DNA of 43,564 nucleotides. Origin: Candidatus Levybacteria bacterium RIFCSPHIGHO2_01_FULL_37_33. GTDB taxonomy: Bacteria > Patescibacteriota > Microgenomatia > Levybacterales > UBA12049. Made by a program: the position numbers and the translations under genes. The notes beneath the pieces are model-generated. The model was not told the DNA's origin. It made no database searches and was given only the letters and a program-made list of their open reading frames with translations. The stretch spans positions 1-43,564 of the forward strand of contig MFNM01000022.1 in the NCBI GenBank assembly GCA_001782085.1, given 5' to 3'. Shown here piece after piece: positions 31,298-39,412 of the stretch. How positions within the stretch are numbered: the stretch's first letter is position 1; every line of letters starts with the position of its first letter.

Positions 31298-32362
31298 ATG
31301 TATATACCAAAGTTCACTATTACAAACAAGATTCTTAAAAACATCGGAATAATTGAGGCATGCCGGGAAGTTATAGACAAAGCACCTCTTCTTCCTTACT
31401 ACGAAAAACAGTTCCGGGATGATGCGCTTATCAGAACTGTTCACTACGGAACTCATATTGAGGGAAATGAGTTAAATCTTTCCCAGGCAGAAAATGTAAT
31501 TATGGGAAAAGATGTTGTAGCCCGACAACGCGATATTCAGGAAGTTATAAACTACAGAAAGGTTATGCGGTATATTGAAGACATGGAAGAGTCAGAAAGA
31601 GTCAAAGAGTCAAAGAAAATTATAGACGAGGGTCTTATAAAACATCTCCATAGTCTTACAGTTAAAAAAATTTTATCAGCGGATGCTATCGGAAATTATC
31701 GAAAAAAACAGGTTGTTGTTAAAAATAGTTATACCGGAAAGGTTTCTTTTAAACCTCCTCTTTCTGTTGCGATCCCACCCCAGATAAAAGACCTAATTGC
31801 ATTTATAAACAGCACATCGGAGCAAGATATTCATCCGGTTTTGAAGAGCGGAGTTGTTCATTATGAACTCGTAAGAATCCACCCGTTTTTAGACGGAAAT
31901 GGACGAGTTGCAAGAGCACTTTCTACCCTTATTCTGTTTTTGGAAGGATATGATATAAGAAAATTCTTTTCTCTTGAGGAATATTTTGATAAAGAAGCAG
32001 TTAGGTATTATGACGCTTTGCAAAGTGTTGGAAAAAATGACGGCGATTTAACAAAATGGCTTGAATATTTTACGCAAGGTCTAGCAATTGAGCTTTCAAA
32101 AATAAAAGACAGGGTTGAGAAAATTTCAATCGACGCAAACCTTCGGGAAAAACTCGGAGGGAAACCAATAATGCTGACAGACAGACAGCTTAAGATAATG
32201 GAATATATTCAAAAGATAGGATATCTTCAGAACAAAGCATTTGGCGGGCTTTTTCCAATGGTTTCTGAGGACACGATTTTAAACGAGTTGAAAGCGCTGA
32301 TGAAGGCGGGTATAATCCGAAAGCAAGGAAAAACCAAAGCCGCAAAGTACATTATGAAGTAA
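31298..32362 (+). CDS. Fic-family protein (AMPylase-type) with C-terminal winged-helix domain
   Basis: Canonical Fic motif HPFLDGNGRVARAL. ATG lies 9 nt after TGcGATAAT. Confidence 0.85.
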   Translation: MYIPKFTITNKILKNIGIIEACREVIDKAPLLPYYEKQFRDDALIRTVHYGTHIEGNELNLSQAENVIMGKDVVARQRDIQEVINYRKVMRYIEDMEESERVKESKKIIDEGLIKHLHSLTVKKILSADAIGNYRKKQVVVKNSYTGKVSFKPPLSVAIPPQIKDLIAFINSTSEQDIHPVLKSGVVHYELVRIHPFLDGNGRVARALSTLILFLEGYDIRKFFSLEEYFDKEAVRYYDALQSVGKNDGDLTKWLEYFTQGLAIELSKIKDRVEKISIDANLREKLGGKPIMLTDRQLKIMEYIQKIGYLQNKAFGGLFPMVSEDTILNELKALMKAGIIRKQGKTKAAKYIMK

Positions 32363-32403
32363 AAAAGAGTCATAGAGCCAAAGAGATAAAGACAATAAAG
32401 ATT

Positions 32404-34209
32404 ATGCACTTTAGTACTTTAAGTAAATATTACGAAAAATTAGAAGCAACTAGTAAACGCTTGGAATTGATAGATATTCTCTCAAAACTTTTTAAACAGG
32501 CAAAGAGCGATGAAATAGGTAAAATTTGTTATTTGATTCAGGGAAGAGTCGCGCCTTTTTTTGAACCAATAGAGATGGGGATGGCGGAAAATATTGTAGC
32601 GGTTGCGATAGCTCGGGCGTTCAATAAGGAAAAAGAACACGTAATTAAATTGTATCGAAAACTTGGGAATATGGGAATTGCAGCAGAAGAGCTATCGCGG
32701 AATCACGAATCGCGAATCAGGAATCAGGAATTAACAATAAGCCAGGTATTTAATGAACTTTTGAAAATTGCAAAATTCTCAGGTGAAGGGACTGTTGAAA
32801 AAAAAGTATCTGCGCTTTCAGGACTTCTTAAAAAATTAGATCCGATTTCTGCAAAGCATGTAGTAAACATTCCGCTTGGGACTTTAAGACTTGGTATTGG
32901 TGATGCTACAGTTTTGGATTCTCTATCCCTTTCAAAACATGGAGATAAAACACTTCGCCCTGTTCTTGAAGATGCATATAATAAAACAAGCGATCTGGGT
33001 TTTGTTGCAGAAACTTTTTTTAAGAAAGGAATCAACGGCATTAAAAATATAAAACTTACCTTAGGAAAGCCGATTCGACCCGCTCTTGCCGAGAGACTTC
33101 CTTCGGCAGATGAGGCAATAAAAAGGTTAGGAAATGAATTTGCGGCAGAGCCAAAGTTCGATGGATTTAGAGTTCAGATTCACTTAAGTAGAGCACACCT
33201 CCGAGGTGTGCCGCAGGCGCAACACCACCTCGGAGGTGGAGGAGAAGAGGTTGTTCAGCTTTTTTCAAGAAATCTAGAAAATACAACTCATGCCTTTCCC
33301 GACATCGTTTCAGGAGCGAAAAAAGAAATTAAGGCAAAATCTGCAATCTTAGAAGGGGAAGCAATTGCGTATAATCCTCAAACGCAGGAATTTTTGCCGT
33401 TTCAGGAAACTACAAAAAGAAGAAGAAAATATAAAATTGAGGAGATGGCAAAAAAACTTCCCTTAGTCTTATTTGCCTTTGACCTTTTGTATTTAAATGG
33501 GAAGGATATAACACAGAAACCTTATAGGCAAAGGAGAAAACTTTTGGAATCAATAGTTTCAAGAAATGGCGGAGTTATTAAAATTGCGCAGGAAAAGATT
33601 TTAAAAAGTACTAAAGAAATAACAGAATTTTTCAACGAAGCAATTTCTGAAGGACTTGAGGGACTCATGCTTAAAAAGCTGGATAGTCCCTATATCGCAG
33701 GGGGTAGGGGTTTTCATTGGATTAAATTTAAGAGAACTCAGGCAGGACAATTGACAGATTCGGTTGACTGCGTTTTACTTGGGGTCTATTCAGGAAAGGG
33801 GAAGAGAACAGAGTTTGGAGTAGGAGGGCTTTTGGTTGGCGTTTATGATGAGAAAAAAGACGAATTCGTTTCAATATCAAGGATCGGTACGGGCTTAACA
33901 GATGAGGAATTTAGAAAAGTAAATGAAATTTCAAAGCAATTAAGAGTTGTGCATAAGCCGGCTCGGGTCAATTCTGATATTACGCCGTCCTATTGGGTTG
34001 AGCCAAAGGTAGTTTTGGAAATTCAGGCAGACGAGATAACCCGCTCTCCAATCCACACGGCAGGTCGTGATAGAGAAGGCTTAGGATATGCTCTTCGTTT
34101 CCCAAGACTTGTAAAGTTTCGGGAAGCGGATAAAAGAGCCGAGGATGCGACAACAGTTGAAGAAATAAAAAAACTCTACAAACAACAATTCAACCACTAT
34201 AAGAAATAA
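32404..34209 (+). CDS. lig: ATP-dependent DNA ligase (Lig1/archaeal type) with two in-frame repeat insertions
   Basis: Motif I EPKFDGFR, then LEGEAIAY, FAFDLLYLNG, EGLMLK and WIKFK. Insertions at 32699-32732 and 33193-33239. Confidence 0.9.
   Translation: MHFSTLSKYYEKLEATSKRLELIDILSKLFKQAKSDEIGKICYLIQGRVAPFFEPIEMGMAENIVAVAIARAFNKEKEHVIKLYRKLGNMGIAAEELSRNHESRIRNQELTISQVFNELLKIAKFSGEGTVEKKVSALSGLLKKLDPISAKHVVNIPLGTLRLGIGDATVLDSLSLSKHGDKTLRPVLEDAYNKTSDLGFVAETFFKKGINGIKNIKLTLGKPIRPALAERLPSADEAIKRLGNEFAAEPKFDGFRVQIHLSRAHLRGVPQAQHHLGGGGEEVVQLFSRNLENTTHAFPDIVSGAKKEIKAKSAILEGEAIAYNPQTQEFLPFQETTKRRRKYKIEEMAKKLPLVLFAFDLLYLNGKDITQKPYRQRRKLLESIVSRNGGVIKIAQEKILKSTKEITEFFNEAISEGLEGLMLKKLDSPYIAGGRGFHWIKFKRTQAGQLTDSVDCVLLGVYSGKGKRTEFGVGGLLVGVYDEKKDEFVSISRIGTGLTDEEFRKVNEISKQLRVVHKPARVNSDITPSYWVEPKVVLEIQADEITRSPIHTAGRDREGLGYALRFPRLVKFREADKRAEDATTVEEIKKLYKQQFNHYKK
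32699..32732 (+). repeat. Heptamer array GGAATCA CGAATCG CGAATCA GGAATCA GGAATT, in frame in the ligase
   Basis: Same word family as the glycosyltransferase arrays; translated as RNHESRIRNQE. Confidence 0.75.
33193..33239 (+). repeat. Twin GC-rich hairpins in frame just after ligase motif I
   Basis: GCACACCTC-C-GAGGTGTGC (33193-33211) and CCACCTC-G-GAGGTGG (33225-33239); translated as AHLRGVPQAQHHLGGG. Confidence 0.8.
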
Positions 34210-34238
34210 TTGACAAGTCTTCTTCTAAGTGTTATCTT
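34210..34238 (+). promoter_or_regulatory. Sigma-70-type promoter
   Basis: TTGACA (34210-34215), 17-nt spacer, TATCTT (34233-34238). ATG 34252 lies 13 nt downstream. Confidence 0.5.
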
Positions 34239-34251
34239 TGCAAAATTGATT

Positions 34252-35178
34252 ATGAAAGAAAGAATAAATGAAGACGAACCATACAGGGAGTGGGAAGAGT
34301 TAAGACCAACTAGGACAAGATTAACAAAATTTCGAGATGAATTTTCAGGAAAAACCAATGCAAAGCCAGTTGTAAGAAATCAGAGATCTGTAAGATATGT
34401 CGCAAAGAAAACTTTGCTTGATCGGCCAGATTCATCCGCTTTGGCTTTAATTAGAGAATCCAATTTTCCATTAGGGTTATTATCGAACCAATCGATTTCA
34501 CTACTTGAATCAAATTTTAGAAGATCGGTTCAGGCAGCGGAGTTAACAATAGAAGACTTACACCGATGGTTAAATGGAGAAGAGGGGGTCAATCAGCAAG
34601 AGGTGATTAAGAAATTGCGCGGAACTCTTTTTGAAGAGGCTATAACGAGAGAGTTTGTAAAAAGAAATCCTAATCACTTTGTTACTAATCCGGTTTTAAC
34701 TTCAAAGATTATAGGTTCGATGATAAGCAGGGGATCACCCGGTGAATTTGTTATGCCGGATCACCTAGTATTCTTAAAACAGTTGCGAGTTGCTAGTCTA
34801 GTGGGATTTATTGAAGACAAAAAGGTTGTTCGTTATATTGCAGACAGTGAATTACTTGAGCAGCTTGAAAGTGAACGGAGACTTTTTTCATTGATCGCAG
34901 ATAATGCTGAGGCGCAAGCTCAATTTCGACGTGAAACTCAAAAAAATATCCCATCGTTTCCCTATCAGATAAGTGTGGCTCCCATTCATGAGGGGATAGT
35001 CTGGTTAGCTGTTGTTAGAGAGGCCGTTCGTGATGTCGGTCAATTACCAAATCGGACGACACTTTTTGAATCGACTGTTTCTGCGGCGGCGATTAATCAA
35101 TTGTCAGAAAGTTTAATAACTAAAAGATTTTTGCCAAGACTCTTTCCTTCTTTGGTAAAATCCGCTGATGGAAGTTAA
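34252..35178 (+). CDS. Hypothetical protein with a possible PD-(D/E)xK nuclease motif
   Basis: FVMPDHLVFLKQLRVASLVGFIEDKK gives PD-x17-EDK. No other recognised domain. Confidence 0.5.
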   Translation: MKERINEDEPYREWEELRPTRTRLTKFRDEFSGKTNAKPVVRNQRSVRYVAKKTLLDRPDSSALALIRESNFPLGLLSNQSISLLESNFRRSVQAAELTIEDLHRWLNGEEGVNQQEVIKKLRGTLFEEAITREFVKRNPNHFVTNPVLTSKIIGSMISRGSPGEFVMPDHLVFLKQLRVASLVGFIEDKKVVRYIADSELLEQLESERRLFSLIADNAEAQAQFRRETQKNIPSFPYQISVAPIHEGIVWLAVVREAVRDVGQLPNRTTLFESTVSAAAINQLSESLITKRFLPRLFPSLVKSADGS

Positions 35179-35236
35179 AGTTTTAAAAGAAGCAGTGGAA
35201 GTGACAAGAGAAGTCTGGGCGAAATAGAAAACTGAG

Positions 35237-35245
35237 TGTTATAAT
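35237..35245 (+). promoter_or_regulatory. Extended -10 element TGtTATAAT
   Basis: Lies 6 nt upstream of GTG start 35252, with no SD. Confidence 0.5.
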
Positions 35246-35251
35246 GTCTTT

Positions 35252-36676
35252 GTGAGTTTTGTAGCAGATCTACATTTACATAGTAAGTATTCGCGTGCGG
35301 TTTCGCAGAATATGATTTTGCCTGAGATGGCAAGGTGGGCAAGCTTAAAAGGACTTGATGTTATTTCCACATCGGATTTTACTCATCCTCTTTGGTTTAG
35401 AGAATTAAAGAGTCAACTTGAGGAAGCATCCGATGGTCTTTACAGACTTAAATCAGACAACAGTCAGACTCTATTTCTTCTATCAACAGAAATTTCAAGC
35501 ATTTATAAACAGGGAGAGAAACTTAGAAGAATTCATAATCTGGTTTTTGTGCCAAATCTTGAAACAGTTGAAAAGATAAACAAAGAATTTACAAAAAGAG
35601 CATTCAATCTCCTAGCAGACGGCAGACCTATTATCGGACTCTCATCAAAAGATCTTTTAGAGCTTCTTCTTTCTATCGATAAAAATATTTTGCTTATTCC
35701 CTGTCATGTTTGGACGCCTCATTTTGGCTTATATGGAAGTGCTTCGGGATTTGATTCTATAGAAGAATGCTTTGGTAACTTAAGAGATTATGTATATGCA
35801 GTAGAAACCGGTTTATCAAGCGATCCGGAGATGAACTGGCAAATTGAAGAGTTAAGGACTCGTTCAATCCTCTCATTTTCCGATGCCCATTCGGGAGCAA
35901 AGATGGGAAGAGAGGCGACCGTATTTGAGCTTCAAGAACCAAGCTATGAGAACATAAGAAAATCAATAACTCGGTTATCGGTTTTCAGTGGTCAGTTATC
36001 GGGTACCAGTTCATCGGTTGCTCGGTCTACAGATAAACTGAAAACAGAACAACAAAAAACCGAAAACAGAAAACCGAAAACTGATAACAGAATTCAATAC
36101 ACCATTGAATTTTATCCTGAGGAGGGGAAGTATCATTTTTCCGGTCATCGAAATTGCAAAGTAGTTCGGGGTCCAGAGGAAACTAGGAAAGACGGAAATA
36201 TTTGCCCGGTATGCAAAAGGCGGCTTACAGAAGGAGTTCTTTACAGACTTCAGCAGTTATCCAATAAAAATTTATTAGGAAAAGTAGAGGCTAAAATAAG
36301 TCAGTCGGGGATAAAATGGTACACCGATACAATGAAGAATCATCCGCCGTTTATAAAACTTGTTCCTTTAAACGAAATAATCTCAGAAGCTTTTTCTTCG
36401 ACTGTTTCCAGCCAAAAAGTTAAAGATACCTTTGATAACTTATGCAAGAATTTAGGATCGGAAATAGAAGTTCTTCTTAAAACCCCGCTTTCCCAAATAG
36501 AAAAAATAGGAGGGGCTAAATTATCGCAAGGGCTTGATAAAGTTAGAAAGGGCAATATTGTCATAGACCCAGGATATGATGGAGAATACGGGAAAGTAAA
36601 AATATGGAACGGCAACGACACAATTACTCAATCAGTAGAAGAAAAACAAGAGTCTCAATTGGGTCTTCAATTTTAA
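35252..36676 (+). CDS. Endonuclease Q-like PHP-domain nuclease (TIGR00375-type) with a 120-nt in-frame hairpin insertion
   Basis: ADLHLHSKYSRAVS PHP motif, zinc finger CPVCKRRLTEGVLYR, C-terminal DPGYDGEYGKV. Confidence 0.75.
   Translation: MSFVADLHLHSKYSRAVSQNMILPEMARWASLKGLDVISTSDFTHPLWFRELKSQLEEASDGLYRLKSDNSQTLFLLSTEISSIYKQGEKLRRIHNLVFVPNLETVEKINKEFTKRAFNLLADGRPIIGLSSKDLLELLLSIDKNILLIPCHVWTPHFGLYGSASGFDSIEECFGNLRDYVYAVETGLSSDPEMNWQIEELRTRSILSFSDAHSGAKMGREATVFELQEPSYENIRKSITRLSVFSGQLSGTSSSVARSTDKLKTEQQKTENRKPKTDNRIQYTIEFYPEEGKYHFSGHRNCKVVRGPEETRKDGNICPVCKRRLTEGVLYRLQQLSNKNLLGKVEAKISQSGIKWYTDTMKNHPPFIKLVPLNEIISEAFSSTVSSQKVKDTFDNLCKNLGSEIEVLLKTPLSQIEKIGGAKLSQGLDKVRKGNIVIDPGYDGEYGKVKIWNGNDTITQSVEEKQESQLGLQF
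35969..36090 (+). repeat. Long imperfect hairpin built from 7-nt units, in frame in the EndoQ-like gene
   Basis: T/G-rich arm CGGTTAT CGGTTTT CAGTGGT CAGTTAT... and A/C-rich arm ...AAACCGA AAACAGA AAACCGA AAACTGA TAACAG. The terminal 15-mers are complementary at 13/15 positions. Translated as RLSVFSGQLSGTSSSVARSTDKLKTEQQKTENRKPKTDNR. Confidence 0.8.
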
Positions 36677-37314
36677 TGTTTAAAGATAGAAGACAAGCGG
36701 GAAAATTACTGGCCCGAAAACTTAAAAAATTTAAGAATGAAAAAGACGTTGTTGTAATAGGAATAACAAGAGGAGGAGTAGTAGTTGCTAAGGAAATCAG
36801 TAATTTTTTGAATCTTCCCCTTGATATTATAGTTATTAAAAAAATCGGAGCACCGCAAAATCCCGAACTTGCAATCGGCGCAATAGGTCCAAACGGTGTT
36901 GTTTTTTGGGATGAGGGTCTAATTAGAAGACTTAATATAGATGAAGAATACAAAAATCGCTCAAAAGAGATTAAGAATTTTGAGAGAGGTGAGCTTGAGA
37001 AATTTTTAAGAGGAGACAAAAAATCTTTAAATGTAAAAAATAAAAAAATTATTCTAGTAGATGACGGTGTGGCAACAGGCGCAACTGTTCTTTGCGCGGT
37101 AAAGTTTTTTAGAAAAGAGAAAAGTAAAGAGGTTGTTTTGGCGGTTCCGGTGATTGCAAAAGATACCCTTTTAAGTATTAAGAAATACTTTGATGCTGTT
37201 ATAGCTCTTCAAATAGAAGGAGAACTTTATGCCATAGGACAATTCTACAAAGAATTTCCTCAAGTAGATAACAAGGAAGTAATGGATCTAATTAATGAAA
37301 AATCAAGAGAATAA
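36676..37314 (+). CDS. Phosphoribosyltransferase-family protein
   Basis: PRPP-binding motif ILVDDGVATGAT. TAATG stop/start overlap with the upstream gene favours ATG 36676. Confidence 0.75.
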   Translation: MFKDRRQAGKLLARKLKKFKNEKDVVVIGITRGGVVVAKEISNFLNLPLDIIVIKKIGAPQNPELAIGAIGPNGVVFWDEGLIRRLNIDEEYKNRSKEIKNFERGELEKFLRGDKKSLNVKNKKIILVDDGVATGATVLCAVKFFRKEKSKEVVLAVPVIAKDTLLSIKKYFDAVIALQIEGELYAIGQFYKEFPQVDNKEVMDLINEKSRE

Positions 37315-37331
37315 ATTGTAAAATAAGGCGT

Positions 37332-37955
37332 ATGAAGTTAATCGTAGGGTTAGGCAACCCGGACATAAAATATGGGCATACACGCCATAATCTGGGTTTT
37401 ATGGTATTGGACAGATTTCTAAAAGACTTTTCGCAGGTTCAAAAAACTATTTGGGAAGATAGCAAAAAATTTAAATGTGATATTTCTCAGATTGAATGGC
37501 AGCCCAAACAAGGAGTACTTAGAAGAATAATTTTAGTAAAACCTAAAACATACATGAACAATTCAGGTCTAAGCGTTAAGCTTGTATCATCATTTTACAA
37601 AATTAATCCATCTGACATTTGGATAATTCATGATGAAATCGATTTGCCTTTAGGCAGTATGAAAATAAGATTTGGCGGAGGAACTGCGGGGCACAAGGGA
37701 GTGATGTCCATAATGAGCTCTTTGGGTACGGAAAAATTTTGGAGATTTAGGTTAGGCATCGGACACCAAAAAGGAATTCAAAATTTAAAATTCAAAATTA
37801 AAAATTCCAAAAGCGTCGAAGAATTTGTCTTGAGAGGATTCTCAAGCGGAGAGGCTGGAAAAGCGCGTGATGTTATAAAACGGGGATCAAAAGCTATTGC
37901 GGAGGCGCTTGAAAATGGTTTAGAAAAAGCAATGAACAGGTTCAATACCAAATAG
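37332..37955 (+). CDS. pth: Peptidyl-tRNA hydrolase with in-frame A-rich insertion
   Basis: LIVGLGNPDIKYGHTRHNLGF. The insertion at 37773-37811 (GIQNLKFKIKNSK) falls in the loop after RLGIGH. Confidence 0.9.
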   Translation: MKLIVGLGNPDIKYGHTRHNLGFMVLDRFLKDFSQVQKTIWEDSKKFKCDISQIEWQPKQGVLRRIILVKPKTYMNNSGLSVKLVSSFYKINPSDIWIIHDEIDLPLGSMKIRFGGGTAGHKGVMSIMSSLGTEKFWRFRLGIGHQKGIQNLKFKIKNSKSVEEFVLRGFSSGEAGKARDVIKRGSKAIAEALENGLEKAMNRFNTK

Positions 37956-37958
37956 CTT

Positions 37959-38237
37959 ATGAAATCCATTAAAAAAATTCTTGAAAACTTTGATCCCATG
38001 GAGGATAAATATATTTCGCGGGAGTTTCAGTCTTACGGAATTTATCTTTCGGAGCAGCTTGATGACTACAAACATAGAGGATTATATATAAAACTTGCAC
38101 AAACGACTCATAGGTCAATTCTTGAGAAAGCGCTGTCTTATGTCTCGGACAGCTCGGCAAAGAATAAAGGAGCATTATTTATGTGGAAGCTTCAAGAATT
38201 GACAAAAACTAAATCCAAAGCACTAAATTCCAAATAA
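37959..38237 (+). CDS. Hypothetical protein
   Basis: 92-aa ORF whose 3' end runs into the A-rich arm of the 38208-38336 repeat. Confidence 0.45.
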   Translation: MKSIKKILENFDPMEDKYISREFQSYGIYLSEQLDDYKHRGLYIKLAQTTHRSILEKALSYVSDSSAKNKGALFMWKLQELTKTKSKALNSK

Positions 38238-38336
38238 TATCAAAATTCAAATTACCAAAACTCAAAACAGTTCTGAATTTAAAATTTTGAGAGTTTAGAA
38301 TTTGTTTAGAGTTTCGGATTTAGAAATTAGAATTTT
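38208..38336 (+). repeat. Inverted arrays of degenerate units (A-rich AAAWYC arm / T-rich GRWTTT arm)
   Basis: ACTAAATCCAAAGCACTAAATTCCAAAT...CTCAAAACAG then CTGAATTTAAAATTTTGAGAGTTTAGAATTTG...TTTCGGATTTAGAAATTAGAATTT. Examples: CTCAAAA/TTTTGAG and AAATCCAAA/TTCGGATTT. Confidence 0.65.
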
Positions 38337-38341
38337 TTGTT

Positions 38342-38608
38342 ATGGTAGCACGCGTTTTTGTATCGGGTTTTGTCCAGAATGTTGGATACCGCCAATTTGT
38401 AAAAAGAATTGCTTATGAAACCGGTTTAAACGGATGGGTTAGAAATCTCTCTGATGGAAGAGTTGAGTCCCTGTTTTCAGGCAGTAGAGATGAGATAGAA
38501 AAAGCAATAGAAGAATGCTGGAAGGGCCCATTTTTATCCGAAGTCGAAAGCGTTAACGTTCAGTGGGAGAAAGCAGAGAAAGAGCTTGGAAGTTTTGAGA
38601 TTCTTTAA
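38342..38608 (+). CDS. acyP: Acylphosphatase
   Basis: VSGFVQNVGYRQF...GWVRNLSDGRVE is the acylphosphatase signature; 88 aa. Confidence 0.85.
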   Translation: MVARVFVSGFVQNVGYRQFVKRIAYETGLNGWVRNLSDGRVESLFSGSRDEIEKAIEECWKGPFLSEVESVNVQWEKAEKELGSFEIL

Positions 38609-38658
38609 TATGATACAATCAGAATTGTAAATTTACTATTTGCAATTTGCCATTTACT

Positions 38659-39408
38659 ATGTTGTTTTACATCCTGTTCTTCACTCTTATCGGCAGCGTT
38701 TTTTCACTTATTGGAGGAGTAGTTATTCTTTTTAAGGAAAAATTGGCGCTTCGGATTTCTCACCTTTTGTTTTCTTTTGCCGCAGGAACGCTTTTAGGAA
38801 CCGCGTTTTTTGATCTTTTGCCCGAAGCCGCGTCAAACGCCCCTAAAGATATAAATATATTTTTGTGGGCTCTTATTGGATTTTTGGTTTTTTTCTTAAT
38901 TGAACGTTTTATTCACTGGTTTCACCACCATCACGAGCATCCGGCCGAGCCTGCCCTAAAGCCTACGGTTGCGCTCATAACACTTGGAGACAGTGTTCAT
39001 AACTTTATTGACGGCGTTGCCATTGCCGCGAGCTTTTTGGTAAACATTCCTCTGGGAATTGTAACTTCGCTGGCTGTCGCGGCTCATGAAATTCCTCAGG
39101 AAATAGGCGATTTCTCAATACTTTTACATAAAGGTGTCGATCGGAAAAAAGTTCTTTTACTGAATCTTTTAAGTTCCGCAGCTGCAATTGTTGGCGCTGT
39201 TTTGACATTTCTTATGGCAGATTTCGTGACAGGACTTTTACCGGTTTTTCTTTCCGTTACTGCTGGTTTTTTTATTTACATTGCGGCATCGGATCTTATT
39301 CCCGAAATTCACGAGAAAAACAAAGCCGGCTTTGCATTTATCGAAAGTTTTCTTCTTATTTTAGGGATTTTTGCGATTTGGGTTTTTGTATCGCTTCTTG
39401 GAAGGTAG
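38659..39408 (+). CDS. ZIP-family divalent metal transporter (ZupT/GufA-like)
   Basis: His-rich loop HHHHEH, HNFIDGVAIA and HEIPQEIGDF motifs, multiple TM helices. The start could also be TTG 38647. Confidence 0.8.
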   Translation: MLFYILFFTLIGSVFSLIGGVVILFKEKLALRISHLLFSFAAGTLLGTAFFDLLPEAASNAPKDINIFLWALIGFLVFFLIERFIHWFHHHHEHPAEPALKPTVALITLGDSVHNFIDGVAIAASFLVNIPLGIVTSLAVAAHEIPQEIGDFSILLHKGVDRKKVLLLNLLSSAAAIVGAVLTFLMADFVTGLLPVFLSVTAGFFIYIAASDLIPEIHEKNKAGFAFIESFLLILGIFAIWVFVSLLGR

Positions 39409-39412
39409 AGGC

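Noticed and set aside
23516-38336. Periodic repeat arrays considered as CRISPR arrays
   Set aside because: The units are only 7-8 nt with no unique spacers. Arrays are under 130 nt, many lie inside genes, and no cas genes are present.
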